Assembly: GCA_030018675.1 (NCBI GenBank)
Contig: JASEHT010000001.1
Location: 1 to 47,165, forward strand
Length of the DNA stretch: 47,165 bases
Origin: Smithella sp.
GTDB taxonomy: Bacteria > Desulfobacterota > Syntrophia > Syntrophales > Smithellaceae
Reading direction: 5' to 3'
Part shown: one piece after another, positions 27,496-37,135 of the stretch
Layout of the letters: each line of letters opens with the position of its first letter
Numbering within the stretch: position 1 is the first letter of the stretch
Made by a program: the position numbers and the translations under genes
Notes under the pieces: generated by a model
Seen by the model: the letters and a program-made list of their open reading frames with translations, nothing else
Databases searched by the model: none
What the model was told of the DNA's origin: nothing

Positions 27496-28412
27496 ATCTT
27501 TCCACTCCTTTTTTGTTTGTACCATTCATACGTTTTCTTCATTCCATCAATAAACGGCATGTACGAGAACCCCATAACCTTTGTAATTAATGTTCCCGAA
27601 TAGAGAAGATGTTCATCAAGGGGGAACGGAAGAGGAATACCTTGAGCATCTATTTGATGAACGCTCATGGACTCGATGCTAATTCGTTTGCCTGTAACGA
27701 TCCGGAAAACATCCATGAGCCTCGGATATGAGACCAGTTCTTCGCCTGATAGATTGAACGCTTTTGTGTAGGCATTCTTGTTACCGATACAAACGATAAT
27801 TGCGCGAGCCACATCCCATACGGAAACAAACGTGAAGAGCGCAAGTCCATTGTCCGGAATTATGATGGTCTCTCCTTCCTGAACCAGGTCGAAGAAGTAG
27901 CTCTCCCGTGGCGCGTAATTGTATTTCCCGTATATGAATGTAGGCCTGAAGATGGTCCAGGGAATGTTGTTTTCTGAGCATTGAATTTTGAATTCTTCTT
28001 CGGCCAGATGTTTGTTGTAGGCATAATCACCATGAGGCCCTTGTTGCGGTCCGGTAACTTGAAGAGCGTCTTCGCCTATAGGCAATTTGTTGGTTTTTTC
28101 GTAAATGGACGACGTACTGATGAAGATATATTGGCCGATGGCATGAGACGGAAGTGTGGAAACCATAGTGGTAATGTCTTCAGGAGTGTAGGCGCAGAAA
28201 TCAACCACAGCGTTCCACACGATAGAGGGTATGGCCTCAGACATGGCCTCTGTATCATGCCGGTCACATTTGATTTCGGTTACGCCTTGAATTCCAAGCG
28301 GAACATTTCCTCTGTTTACAACGTAAATCGCGTAGTCCGGAACCTTTGAGAGTTCCTCCACGAAAACTTTCCCGACAAAATAGCTTCCACCAATGACCAG
28401 CACATTTTTCAC
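27492..28412 (-). CDS. NAD-dependent epimerase/dehydratase (SDR) family protein
   Basis: 306 aa with the N-terminal Rossmann motif VLVIGGSYFVGK. Confidence 0.75.
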   Translation of the reverse strand: MKNVLVIGGSYFVGKVFVEELSKVPDYAIYVVNRGNVPLGIQGVTEIKCDRHDTEAMSEAIPSIVWNAVVDFCAYTPEDITTMVSTLPSHAIGQYIFISTSSIYEKTNKLPIGEDALQVTGPQQGPHGDYAYNKHLAEEEFKIQCSENNIPWTIFRPTFIYGKYNYAPRESYFFDLVQEGETIIIPDNGLALFTFVSVWDVARAIIVCIGNKNAYTKAFNLSGEELVSYPRLMDVFRIVTGKRISIESMSVHQIDAQGIPLPFPLDEHLLYSGTLITKVMGFSYMPFIDGMKKTYEWYKQKRSGKI

Positions 28413-28427
28413 AGGCGTTTCATCTCC

Positions 28428-29354
28428 TCATCCGATCCATACATTTCGCTCACGAAGTTCCTTGTCTTGTATTTTATTCTGAATTATCGGACCATGATCC
28501 AGCAGAAAAGTGCTGGAAGAATCTGTAAGGCTCTCCGCCTCAAGCTCTGCAATTATCATCGAGCAGATATTTTCTACTATTTCCAATTTTAACGAAGAGT
28601 CCAACGTTTGTATCAATAAATTTATTTTTTCATGGATCTCTTTACCCAACAGCGGCAATGCAACAAGGGCTTTATTCATCCACTTGTAAAAAGGTGTATA
28701 TCGTTTGTTGAGGAGAAAAATAAGCGATATAACATCGACACAAAACTTGGTCTCTGCATACCGGATGGCAAACTGATCTTTTCTCTTAAGGCAGCGTTCA
28801 AGATTATACTGGCCGGATTGAGCAATCGTCATGCATCGTGCAGCCATTTTCTTGAGCCGGACATCGTCCGGATAGAATTGCAAGAGCCGGTTACGGATGG
28901 TGCTGAATTCACCGAGAGGGTCATAGAAAACCTTACCGTTGGTTGCCGCGGCAAGTGCCGATTCGGGAACGATCATCCACTCTTCATTATTTTGAGGAAT
29001 ACTTCTATATCCTATGAAGCGGGAAAAAAAATCGCCTATCTCGAATACACCAACTCTTTCATTACCCCAATCGCTCTGGATTCTGGAGTTGTAACCTAAA
29101 AATGTTCCGGGAAGTTGTTCGTACCTCCGTATCAGGTCTTTGGCGATGTCATCATAATCCTCGCGAATTAACCAGATGCAAAAACCGGGGCCCCAATCAT
29201 GGTCGCGAGAAATTTCATCATCGAAGCCGAAGCATTCGGAACCGTCGCCCGCTAGCCCGCATGCCATTCGCCGGGCATGCAGAGGGAAACTATTAAGGAT
29301 CATGGGAAGACCATGTTCATGGAAATATTGTTCGGCAAGTGTGAGGCCATTCAT
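28428..29354 (-). CDS. DUF4037-like protein
   Basis: 308 aa. The FGFDDEISRDHDWGPGFC motif is recalled as typical of DUF4037. It overlaps the fumarase beta stop. Confidence 0.55.
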   Translation of the reverse strand: MNGLTLAEQYFHEHGLPMILNSFPLHARRMACGLAGDGSECFGFDDEISRDHDWGPGFCIWLIREDYDDIAKDLIRRYEQLPGTFLGYNSRIQSDWGNERVGVFEIGDFFSRFIGYRSIPQNNEEWMIVPESALAAATNGKVFYDPLGEFSTIRNRLLQFYPDDVRLKKMAARCMTIAQSGQYNLERCLKRKDQFAIRYAETKFCVDVISLIFLLNKRYTPFYKWMNKALVALPLLGKEIHEKINLLIQTLDSSLKLEIVENICSMIIAELEAESLTDSSSTFLLDHGPIIQNKIQDKELRERNVWIG

Positions 29355-29944
29355 TTTTTTACACTGAATGGTTGCGAAAATAATTCCTCAAGCCTTTTTG
29401 ACGAATCATTCAGAATAGTATCGTGGAGCGAATTGCCGTGAGAATCCATTGTCACCAGTGCCGGCAGATCTTTAATGGTTAGCACCCACATGGCCTCGGG
29501 CTGTCCAAACTCCTCGAGGTGTACCCCCTCGACTTTAATGATGCATTCCGCAAGATATTGTGCCGCGCCTCCTGCGGCATGAAGATATACGCAGCCGCAT
29601 TCGGACATGGCTTTCTTGGTTTTTTCCCCCATACCGCCTTTACCCATGATGGCTCCCGGGCGGAGTTTGGATATTATCTGAGCCTGATATGGTTCTTCCC
29701 GCATGGAGGTGGTTGGGCCTGCTGCTGTAATCTTCCATTGGCCTTTTTCCTTGATCACAACCGGACCGCAATGGTAAATCACCAGACCCGAAAGATCTAT
29801 GGGTGGTTCGCCTCCTGAAGTAAGGTACTTGTGAATCTGGTCACGTCCGGTTACTATCCGGCCGGAGATGCTTACCATGTCGCCTACGGTAAGTCCCTTG
29901 ATTACATCATGTTGCAGTGGGGAAGTGATTTGTTTCATATCCAT
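29351..29944 (-). CDS. Class-I (Fe-S) fumarate/tartrate hydro-lyase, beta subunit
   Basis: 197 aa. Carries the GAIMGKGGMG motif and overlaps the alpha subunit gene. Confidence 0.8.
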   Translation of the reverse strand: MDMKQITSPLQHDVIKGLTVGDMVSISGRIVTGRDQIHKYLTSGGEPPIDLSGLVIYHCGPVVIKEKGQWKITAAGPTTSMREEPYQAQIISKLRPGAIMGKGGMGEKTKKAMSECGCVYLHAAGGAAQYLAECIIKVEGVHLEEFGQPEAMWVLTIKDLPALVTMDSHGNSLHDTILNDSSKRLEELFSQPFSVKK

Positions 29945-30786
29945 TTTTTTATTTCTCCCTTTTGAGTGAGTTCAACGACATAGCGTCTGGTAGCCCAGCA
30001 GGAGTAACTCACCGTCACAAAGTAGCTTGCCGGATGTCTGCCGGCATTACCGATCTTAACCCCCAGCAGAGTAGTCTTGCCTCCCAGTCCCATGGGACCG
30101 ATCCCTAACTCATTTGCTTGTTTCAGGACAGTCTTCTCGAGGGACGCCAGTACCGGCGAGGGATTTTTATCCTCCAGATTCCGGAAGATCTGCTTTTTGG
30201 CAAAGAGGTAACCCGATGCCCTGTCTCCGCCGATGCATACTCCGATGATTCCCGGAGCGCAACCCTTCCCCTGTGCCTGAAATACCGCATCCAGAATGCA
30301 GCGTCTGACTCCTTCCATATCCCTGCCTGCTTGAATTTTCGAATTGGGCAGACTGTATTGTGTACTCATATTCTCCGATCCGCCGCCCTTGAGCATGATG
30401 CTTATCTTCGTCGGTCTGTTAACCGGTTCAAAATGGATCTGCGGTACATGCAGGCCTGTATTATCAAGTGTGTTTTTCTCGGTCAGGGGACAAACACAAT
30501 TCTGTCTGAGGATGCCCTCTTTGGTGAGTTTTCTTATCGCATCTTTTATCGATTTTTCGAGATGGAATATCGACTTGTCCGGCCTTCCTTCGATCATAAC
30601 CAGAATTGTGCCGGTGTCCTGACAAATGGGAAGGCTTTTCTTAGATGAAAGAACTATGCTCTTTAAAATTATATCAAATGTTTTGTGCGCAACTGAACCT
30701 TTATCTTCCCGGGCAAGTGCCTTTTTAATGGCACTGGTAACGTCTTCCGGCAATACGGTACTCGTCTTACGAATGAGATCATACAT
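29935..30786 (-). CDS. Class-I (Fe-S) fumarate/tartrate hydro-lyase, alpha subunit
   Basis: Carries the LPICQDTGT motif. I prefer the start at ATG 30786 (MYDLIRK..., GGAG 8 nt upstream) over 30804, which lies only about 20 nt from the predicted transcription start. Confidence 0.8.
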   Translation of the reverse strand: MYDLIRKTSTVLPEDVTSAIKKALAREDKGSVAHKTFDIILKSIVLSSKKSLPICQDTGTILVMIEGRPDKSIFHLEKSIKDAIRKLTKEGILRQNCVCPLTEKNTLDNTGLHVPQIHFEPVNRPTKISIMLKGGGSENMSTQYSLPNSKIQAGRDMEGVRRCILDAVFQAQGKGCAPGIIGVCIGGDRASGYLFAKKQIFRNLEDKNPSPVLASLEKTVLKQANELGIGPMGLGGKTTLLGVKIGNAGRHPASYFVTVSYSCWATRRYVVELTQKGEIKKWI

Positions 30787-30835
30787 ATAAAATCTCCAGT
30801 ACATTATTTTAGTGGTTAATCAATGATAACAGAAA

Positions 30836-30851
30836 AGCAAGGATGGTGCCA
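30836..30851 (-). promoter_or_regulatory. sigma-54 promoter of the fumarate hydratase operon
   Basis: The minus strand reads TGGCACCATCCTTGCT, a perfect match to the -24/-12 core and spacing. Confidence 0.7.
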
Positions 30852-30937
30852 ATAGATCCAGATTTTATTAACGCACTAATATCATGAGTACTCTAAATGA
30901 ATACATCAGGTATTATGGTGAAAATACGAGACAGGAA

Positions 30938-30954
30938 AGTGACCGAAATGTCCC
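30938..30954. promoter_or_regulatory. Possible UAS half-site for the same activator
   Basis: AGTGACCGAAATGTCCC resembles AGTCAAATATGTCCC, the reverse strand of the other UAS copies. It sits at the same distance of about 90 nt from the promoter. Only one arm is recognisable. Confidence 0.3.
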
Positions 30955-31183
30955 TTAAATGACCTATTCATATTTTATATAGCATCCATTTAAAAATGAC
31001 CATCTCAGTTCAACTCGACCTTTTAAAAATTTTTCGCATAAGCACCTGCATGAAAAAATAAATTATCAATCCTCTCGAAATAATGGAAGCCTTTTGCGGG
31101 ATACTGCACCAGATATGCGTTGACTAATTAATATTAATAGAATATTACTGTCAAGCAAATTTCAAAAAGAGGAGGCATGTAAT

Positions 31184-31732
31184 ATGGACTCTTATCGTAT
31201 AAAAATTTTAGTGAAAAAGATTTTTGTCTGCCTTTGCTTGTTTGCCGTTGCTGGTTTTTATTCGACGGCACACGGGTTCGAACTGAAAAGCTCTGCCTTT
31301 GCGTCAGGTGCAATGATTCCTTCACTCTATACCTGCAAGGGGAAAGATATTTCCCCGCCGCTTACCTGGTCCGGGGCGCCTGCCGGCACCAAAAGTTTTG
31401 TCCTCATCTGTGATGACCCCGACGCGCCACTTATGACCTGGGTACACTGGGTTTACTACAACATACCGGCTTCTGTTACTTCGCTGCCGGAGGCATTAGC
31501 GAAAAGCGAAAAACCTCAACAGGGAGGCATTCACGGCAAGAACAGCTTCGGTGATCTCGGTTATGGCGGCCCTTGTCCACCCTGGGGTACTCATCGCTAC
31601 TTTTTCAAACTGTATGCGTTAGACACTATGCTTACCCTCCCCATAGGAGCAAAAAAGAAAGACGTCCTGAAGGCCATGGACAAACATGTTCTGAACAAAA
31701 CCGAGCTTATTGGAAAATACAAAAAGAAATGA
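31184..31732 (+). CDS. PEBP / YbhB-YbcL family protein with N-terminal signal peptide
   Basis: 182 aa. Hydrophobic leader ...FAVAGFYSTAHG, then the PEBP motifs DPDAP and HRYFFKLYALD. Confidence 0.8.
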   Translation: MDSYRIKILVKKIFVCLCLFAVAGFYSTAHGFELKSSAFASGAMIPSLYTCKGKDISPPLTWSGAPAGTKSFVLICDDPDAPLMTWVHWVYYNIPASVTSLPEALAKSEKPQQGGIHGKNSFGDLGYGGPCPPWGTHRYFFKLYALDTMLTLPIGAKKKDVLKAMDKHVLNKTELIGKYKKK

Positions 31733-31770
31733 TTCATATATGCCATCCCCGGCATATATGAATCATTTTT
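31729..31770. terminator. Bidirectional intrinsic terminator between convergent genes
   Basis: Perfect 16-bp stem ATGATTCATATATGCC / GGCATATATGAATCAT with a 6-nt loop. T-runs lie on both strands. Confidence 0.75.
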
Positions 31771-31804
31771 GGTGTCTGTTGCCTTTAAAACTTTTTAAAG
31801 TGAT

Positions 31805-33367
31805 TTAGTCTACCTTATCCAGGCGAACCCCATGCTTCTCCTTTAAAGCGACCTTCATTATTTTACCTGTCGCTGTCATGGGCATTTCATCAAGCATTTC
31901 AACATGGGAAGGATATTTGTATTTGCTGACCTTATCCTTAAGAAACTCGAGGATTTCTTCCTTCGTTATGGGTTTACCGTCTATACTCTCGATAAAGGCT
32001 TTGCCGGATTCACCCCATTTGTCATCTGCTACGCCGATGATGGCAACATTCTTTATTCTCGGGAAGTCATAGAGGATTTTCTCTATCTCAGCAGGATAGA
32101 CGTTTTCGCCACCGCTTCGATACATGTCCTTGGCTCTATCTGCAATGTAGAAATAACCTTCTTCATCCATATAGCCGAGATCTCCGGTATGGAGCACTCC
32201 GTTGACTATGGCATTCGCCGTTTCTTTAGGCATATTCCAATAGCCGCTCATGACCTTGGGACCGACAGCCACTATTTCGCCAATTTCACCCGGAGGCAGT
32301 CTCTTGCCACATACATCTTCAATCCACATGTCGCTCCATTCCCTTGCTTTGCCAACAGAGCCGGGTTTACGTTCCATGTCTTCGTATGAAAGAACCGTCA
32401 TAGCCGAATTTTCGGTTTGCCCGAAACCGACACTCACTTTGATTCCTTTTTCTTTTAATTTATCCAGCAGAGCCTTGGGCGTTCTTTCTCCGCCTCCAAG
32501 AGACATAATAATGCTGCTGCGATCGATTTCATCCAACTTGCCCGAATCCAGAATAAGGCGCCACATCGTGGTCAGGGCAAAAACGACATTGGCCTTGTAT
32601 TTTTCGATATCAAGGCAAAACTGCACGGGATCAAAATTTTGCCTTAAGATCATAGTCATACCGCGACCGACACAAGAGGTCAAACTTATAAAAAGTCCAC
32701 CGGAGTGGAATAGCGGCAATTGCGATAGAAAGACAATTCCAAACGCACCCGTGCCACTTAAACTTATAACCTTGTAAAAAGTCTGATTATGGCTTACTAT
32801 AGCCCCTTTGGGAGCTCCGGTAACGCCTGACGTATAGATAATGCCCAACGGGTCGTCAAGAAAAACCTGCTCCTTTAGAACCGGTTCCGTATCGGGAAAT
32901 TTTGGATAGTGATCGTGGAAACGAATGGCCCATTCGGGGCAGTCGGGGACATCTTCATCACGTCCGGGCAGCCAAATGTATTTGTCTTTATCCACCTGTA
33001 TATTACGTTTTATTTTATTGACATTCTCTAAAAACTTGGCGTGGAAAATAAGCATCCGGGCCCCGCTGTTATTAAGTTGGTATTCAAGTTCACGACCTAC
33101 CAACCGCAGGTTCAGAGGCACAATAATAAGGCCGAGTTTCGCTACGGCAAAATATACATAGACGAATTCCAAGCAGTTTTGAAGATAGACAGCCACCCGA
33201 TCGCCTTTCTGTAAACCAGTGCTCTGTAAATAATTGGCAGTTTTATTAACACGATCATTTAACTCTTTGAAGGTGACCGGCTCATCTTCAAAAATTATAG
33301 AAATGGTATTAGGCACCACACTGGCCTGTTGTCTCGTTATGTATCCAATATTCCACACCTGACTCAT
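31805..33367 (-). CDS. AMP-dependent acyl-CoA synthetase/ligase (AssK-like position)
   Basis: 520 aa. AMP-binding motif IIYTSGVTGAPKGA, with a GDLGYMDEEGYFYIADRAKD region. Confidence 0.85.
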   Translation of the reverse strand: MSQVWNIGYITRQQASVVPNTISIIFEDEPVTFKELNDRVNKTANYLQSTGLQKGDRVAVYLQNCLEFVYVYFAVAKLGLIIVPLNLRLVGRELEYQLNNSGARMLIFHAKFLENVNKIKRNIQVDKDKYIWLPGRDEDVPDCPEWAIRFHDHYPKFPDTEPVLKEQVFLDDPLGIIYTSGVTGAPKGAIVSHNQTFYKVISLSGTGAFGIVFLSQLPLFHSGGLFISLTSCVGRGMTMILRQNFDPVQFCLDIEKYKANVVFALTTMWRLILDSGKLDEIDRSSIIMSLGGGERTPKALLDKLKEKGIKVSVGFGQTENSAMTVLSYEDMERKPGSVGKAREWSDMWIEDVCGKRLPPGEIGEIVAVGPKVMSGYWNMPKETANAIVNGVLHTGDLGYMDEEGYFYIADRAKDMYRSGGENVYPAEIEKILYDFPRIKNVAIIGVADDKWGESGKAFIESIDGKPITKEEILEFLKDKVSKYKYPSHVEMLDEMPMTATGKIMKVALKEKHGVRLDKVD

Positions 33368-33404
33368 ACCAACTCTCCTTTCTTGTGTTTCTTCAAAATA
33401 ATAT

Positions 33405-35276
33405 CTATTCGCCCGCGAAAGACTCTAACGGAATGTTCATCGCACTCTGTTCATCTTTTTTCAGGTTTTCCAGCTTGGGCATTACAAGCCCTGTAATGCG
33501 ATTAATGAAGAACCTGGCTCCTTCAATCTTGCCTCGATAGAAGGCTTTATCATTTTCACTTGTTGACGGATCAAAGAACTTCTTAACCGCTTCAGTTGCC
33601 ATTCTGAGGTGCAGCCAGCCAACAAGGGCATCGCCCAGGCAGTTAAGATAATCGCTTGCTCCAATCAGTGGTACGTAAGGCGTCGCGCCAATCATCTTGG
33701 AGAAGTCCTTTGCTGTTAATCCGCAGGCAGTCAAAGCATCTTTGACGATGGCCGCTTCTCCCTTGAGAGCGTCGAGTTTCTCGGCTTCGTCAATAGCCTC
33801 TTTGGTATAGTTGAGCAAACGGATGAAATAAGCACCTTTTTTCATGCCCAGCTTGCGTCCCAGCAGATCAAGAGCCTGAATGCCGTTAGTGCCTTCATAG
33901 ATCGCGTTGATCTTCTGATCCCTCATCATCTGCTCAACCGGATACTCGCGGCAGTAACCATAACCGCCATAACTTTGCACGGCCAGATCGCAAGCAACCA
34001 TACCCATGTCCGTACTATAAGCTTTGACTATTGGAGTGATAATTTCGATAAGACCTTCCCAATACTCTTGCTCTTTTTCCAACTCTTCTTTATTTCCGCT
34101 GCCATTGACTATCGATAACATCGCGCTGAACATATTATCCATGCAAAAATAGCAGAACAGACATAAAGCGCGAAGACCTTCTGAAATGGATTTCATCTTA
34201 ATCATCATTCTGCGGATATCGGGATGATCAATGATGGGAACTGAAGGAGCGTTTTCATCCTTCAGGGCCATGGCTATGACGTTTTGCCCTTGGATCCTCT
34301 GTTTGCAATAATCAAGAGCATGGAGATAGGCTGAGCCGGCAATCGATGCGCCAATCAGACCGACTCCCTGACGCTCTTCGTTCATCATGTGAAACATAAT
34401 CGGCATGCCCTGGCCTGGTTCGCCCATCAGATAACCGATGCACTTGTTATTATCGCCGAAATTAAGGGTACACGTGGCACTGCCGTGGATGCCCATCTTG
34501 CTCTCAATACCACTGCAGAATACGTCGTTTGATTCACCCATCTCGCCTTTTTCATTGAATCTGAATTTGGGGACTACAAAGATGGAGATGCCCTTGGTCC
34601 CTTTAGGATCGCCCTCGATTCTGGCGAGAACCGGATGGATAATGTTCGGAGTCAGATCCTGATCGCCGGCCGAAATAAAGCTCTTGGTACCGACGATAGA
34701 GAAGGTGCCGTCAGCATTTCTTTTAGCGGTGGCCTTTAAAGCTCCAACATCGGTACCGGCGCCCGGTTCGGTGAGACACATCGTACCTGCCCATTCGCCG
34801 GAGTACATCTTTTCCAGAACGATATTACGTAGAGGATGTTGGAAATATTCATCAATTAGTCTTGCCGAGCCGTGAGTAATAGCTGGATACATAATGAAAG
34901 CTGGGCCGCCGGATAAAAACATATTATAGCAAGCCGCTGCTATTATTGCCGGGAATCCCTGGCCGCCAACTTCCGGCTGATCTGCCATGGCTATATAGCC
35001 GGCTTCACAATAAAGTTTATATAACCTTTTGTAAGCTTCAGGTGTTGTTACTTTACCGTCCTTATATGTTGCTTCGACCGGCTGACGATGAACTTCATCA
35101 GGATAGGTGGGAGCAATCTCCAACTCGGCAAACTTTGCCGCCTGGTCAAGAGCCATCTTACACGTATCAATATCAATGTCCACATAACGACCCTTACCCA
35201 GTAAGGTTTCTTCTACCTTGAATAATTCAAACAGTTGGAATTTAATATCTCTTAAATCAAACCAAAGACTAGCCAT
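33405..35276 (-). CDS. Long acyl-CoA dehydrogenase (with C-terminal extension domain)
   Basis: 623 aa. Acyl-CoA dehydrogenase (ACAD) family pattern (CLTEPGAGTD, ...YEGTNGIQALDL). Confidence 0.8.
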   Translation of the reverse strand: MASLWFDLRDIKFQLFELFKVEETLLGKGRYVDIDIDTCKMALDQAAKFAELEIAPTYPDEVHRQPVEATYKDGKVTTPEAYKRLYKLYCEAGYIAMADQPEVGGQGFPAIIAAACYNMFLSGGPAFIMYPAITHGSARLIDEYFQHPLRNIVLEKMYSGEWAGTMCLTEPGAGTDVGALKATAKRNADGTFSIVGTKSFISAGDQDLTPNIIHPVLARIEGDPKGTKGISIFVVPKFRFNEKGEMGESNDVFCSGIESKMGIHGSATCTLNFGDNNKCIGYLMGEPGQGMPIMFHMMNEERQGVGLIGASIAGSAYLHALDYCKQRIQGQNVIAMALKDENAPSVPIIDHPDIRRMMIKMKSISEGLRALCLFCYFCMDNMFSAMLSIVNGSGNKEELEKEQEYWEGLIEIITPIVKAYSTDMGMVACDLAVQSYGGYGYCREYPVEQMMRDQKINAIYEGTNGIQALDLLGRKLGMKKGAYFIRLLNYTKEAIDEAEKLDALKGEAAIVKDALTACGLTAKDFSKMIGATPYVPLIGASDYLNCLGDALVGWLHLRMATEAVKKFFDPSTSENDKAFYRGKIEGARFFINRITGLVMPKLENLKKDEQSAMNIPLESFAGE

Positions 35277-35343
35277 AAATCCTCCTTAACTCTTTCTTCA
35301 AATTTTTCATCAATAACGATTTCTGTTTAAAGCGTCAGATTTT

Positions 35344-35359
35344 TGCAAGAAAAATGCCA
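35344..35359 (-). promoter_or_regulatory. sigma-54 promoter of the acyl-CoA dehydrogenase/ligase unit
   Basis: The minus strand reads TGGCATTTTTCTTGCA, about 69 nt upstream of ATG 35276. Confidence 0.7.
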
Positions 35360-35440
35360 AAGGCATTATGCCTTTCAATAAGCCGATTCTTAACCATCTT
35401 TTAAAAAAAATATTAAAAGCCTGAAACCAATGTCCCCCTA

Positions 35441-35470
35441 ATGGGACATATTTGACTAATTAGTGCCCAT
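35441..35470. promoter_or_regulatory. Putative enhancer-binding-protein site (UAS), copy 3
   Basis: ATGGGACATATTTGACTAATTAGTGCCCAT. An extra inverted ATGTCCC half-site lies just upstream at 35429-35435. Confidence 0.55.
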
Positions 35471-35522
35471 CAGGAATAAGTTATTTTTCAGAAAACGGGG
35501 GGGCAAAATACAACATGCGAGA

Positions 35523-35992
35523 TTATGGCACCAAAAAGAACAATATTTCAACAGATTGATGATTATGAATTTTGTTTCTTTCTTCCGCAAGTGAGCATTT
35601 AAGATTTTTCACGGATATACTTTCTTTCAAATGATATTCTCTCTCTAGCGCTTGGTATAAATGTTGTAACAGTATTATTTCGATTATTTGTATTTCTTTT
35701 AGCAAAATAGTGAATTTTGATTTTTTGCTTAAATTTCGAACATTGTCTCGAGCCAAAAAATCTAATTAATTTCTTGACAATGACCAACTCAATAAAAATG
35801 GGTGAGGCGATTACCATTGAGCCCATCCAATCCATTTCCTTCATACAGGCAAATCTGTCGCCAAAATGTCCGGTTGCAGACTCCTAATATCTGGGCAGCT
35901 TCTTTCTGGCTTAATCGGCCCTTATGCCATCCTCCAGATATCTCTTCAAATCGCATTCTCCGAATCTCCTCCAGTAGCCCTGTCCGCTTCAT
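35523..35992 (-). pseudogene. Remnant of an IS transposase (N-terminal HTH fragment followed by decayed AT-rich sequence)
   Basis: The 67-aa ORF 35789..35992 (MKRTGLLEEIRRMRFEEISGGWHKGRLSQKEAAQILGVCNRTFWRQI...) looks like the N-terminal HTH of an IS transposase. Downstream frames are broken, and no intact catalytic domain is present. Confidence 0.4.
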
Positions 35993-36064
35993 TAGTGACC
36001 TCTTAAAATCGGTAACTTCTTAACCGGACATATTATGTGCTTCTTACATACCCGGCAAAACAGG

Positions 36065-36093
36065 TTGACAAACAACACCTTTTAATCGATAAT
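36065..36093 (+). promoter_or_regulatory. sigma-70-like promoter for gap-pgk-tpiA
   Basis: TTGACA, a 17-nt spacer, then GATAAT, lying 25 nt upstream of the gap ATG and its AAGGAGG. Confidence 0.5.
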
Positions 36094-36118
36094 TTTTTTT
36101 CAATAAAAGGAGGTTGAC

Positions 36119-37117
36119 ATGTCTGTAAAAATTGCCATTAACGGTTTCGGAAGAATCGGGCGGCTCGTATTCAGGGCCGGATATAAAAACAAGGATGTTG
36201 AATTTGTAGCCGTTAACGATTTGGCGGATGCCAAAACCCTGGCTCATCTGCTGAAATATGATTCCACGCACGGAACGCTTGACGCGGAAATCAAAATTGA
36301 CAACAACGCCATCATCGTTGACGGAAAGGAGATCAAATCTTTTTCCGCCCGGGAGCCGGAATCACTGCCTTGGAAGGATTTGGGTGTTGACGTTGTTCTG
36401 GAAAGCACCGGAATGTTCACGGATAAAGCGGGCGCGGAACGACATATTAAAGCCGGCGCGAAAAAGGTGGTCATTTCCGCTCCGGCCAAGGGCCCCGATG
36501 TAACGTTTGTCCTCGGCGTTAACCAGGAAATATACGACAAAAACAAGCATCACATCATTTCCATGGGCTCCTGCACCACAAACTGCCTGGCGCCGATTGT
36601 CAAAATTCTGCATCAGGAATTCGGCGTTGAATACGGTCTGATGACAACCATTCACTCTTTCACAAACGATCAGGTGGTTCTGGACGAACCGCACAGAGAT
36701 TTGCGACGGGCGCGTGCGGCCGCCCTTTCGATGATACCCACCACAACCGGCGCGGCCCGGGCCATCGCGGAAGTCATACCGGAAATGAAAGGGAAGTTGG
36801 ACGGACTCGCCATTCGCGTGCCAACGCCGAACGTTTCGCTGGTTGACTTTGTGGTGACACTTTCCCAAAAAACCGACCGGAACCAGATCAACGACAAATT
36901 CCGCGAATATGCCGCAGGCGCGATGAAAGGCATCCTGATGTGCTCGGAAGAGGAACTGGTTTCCCGCGATTTCAACGGTAACAAATATTCATCGATCGTT
37001 GATATGCCCAACACAACGGTGATCGGCGGCAATATGGCCAAGATTCTGTCCTGGTATGACAATGAATGGGGCTTTTCCAACAGAATGCTGGAACTGCTCT
37101 CTTTCATAATGAAATAA
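36119..37117 (+). CDS. gap: Glyceraldehyde-3-phosphate dehydrogenase, type I
   Basis: 332 aa. Motifs INGFGRIGRLVFR and SCTTNCLAP. Confidence 0.92.
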   Translation: MSVKIAINGFGRIGRLVFRAGYKNKDVEFVAVNDLADAKTLAHLLKYDSTHGTLDAEIKIDNNAIIVDGKEIKSFSAREPESLPWKDLGVDVVLESTGMFTDKAGAERHIKAGAKKVVISAPAKGPDVTFVLGVNQEIYDKNKHHIISMGSCTTNCLAPIVKILHQEFGVEYGLMTTIHSFTNDQVVLDEPHRDLRRARAAALSMIPTTTGAARAIAEVIPEMKGKLDGLAIRVPTPNVSLVDFVVTLSQKTDRNQINDKFREYAAGAMKGILMCSEEELVSRDFNGNKYSSIVDMPNTTVIGGNMAKILSWYDNEWGFSNRMLELLSFIMK

Positions 37118-37135
37118 GAAAGGCCAAGAAGGAAA

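Noticed and set aside
31083-31100. TGGAAGCCTTTTGCG upstream of the PEBP gene as a plus-strand sigma-54 promoter
   Set aside because: The GG-to-GC spacing is one nucleotide short of the canonical geometry. A sigma-70-like TTGACT...TATTAC is present instead.
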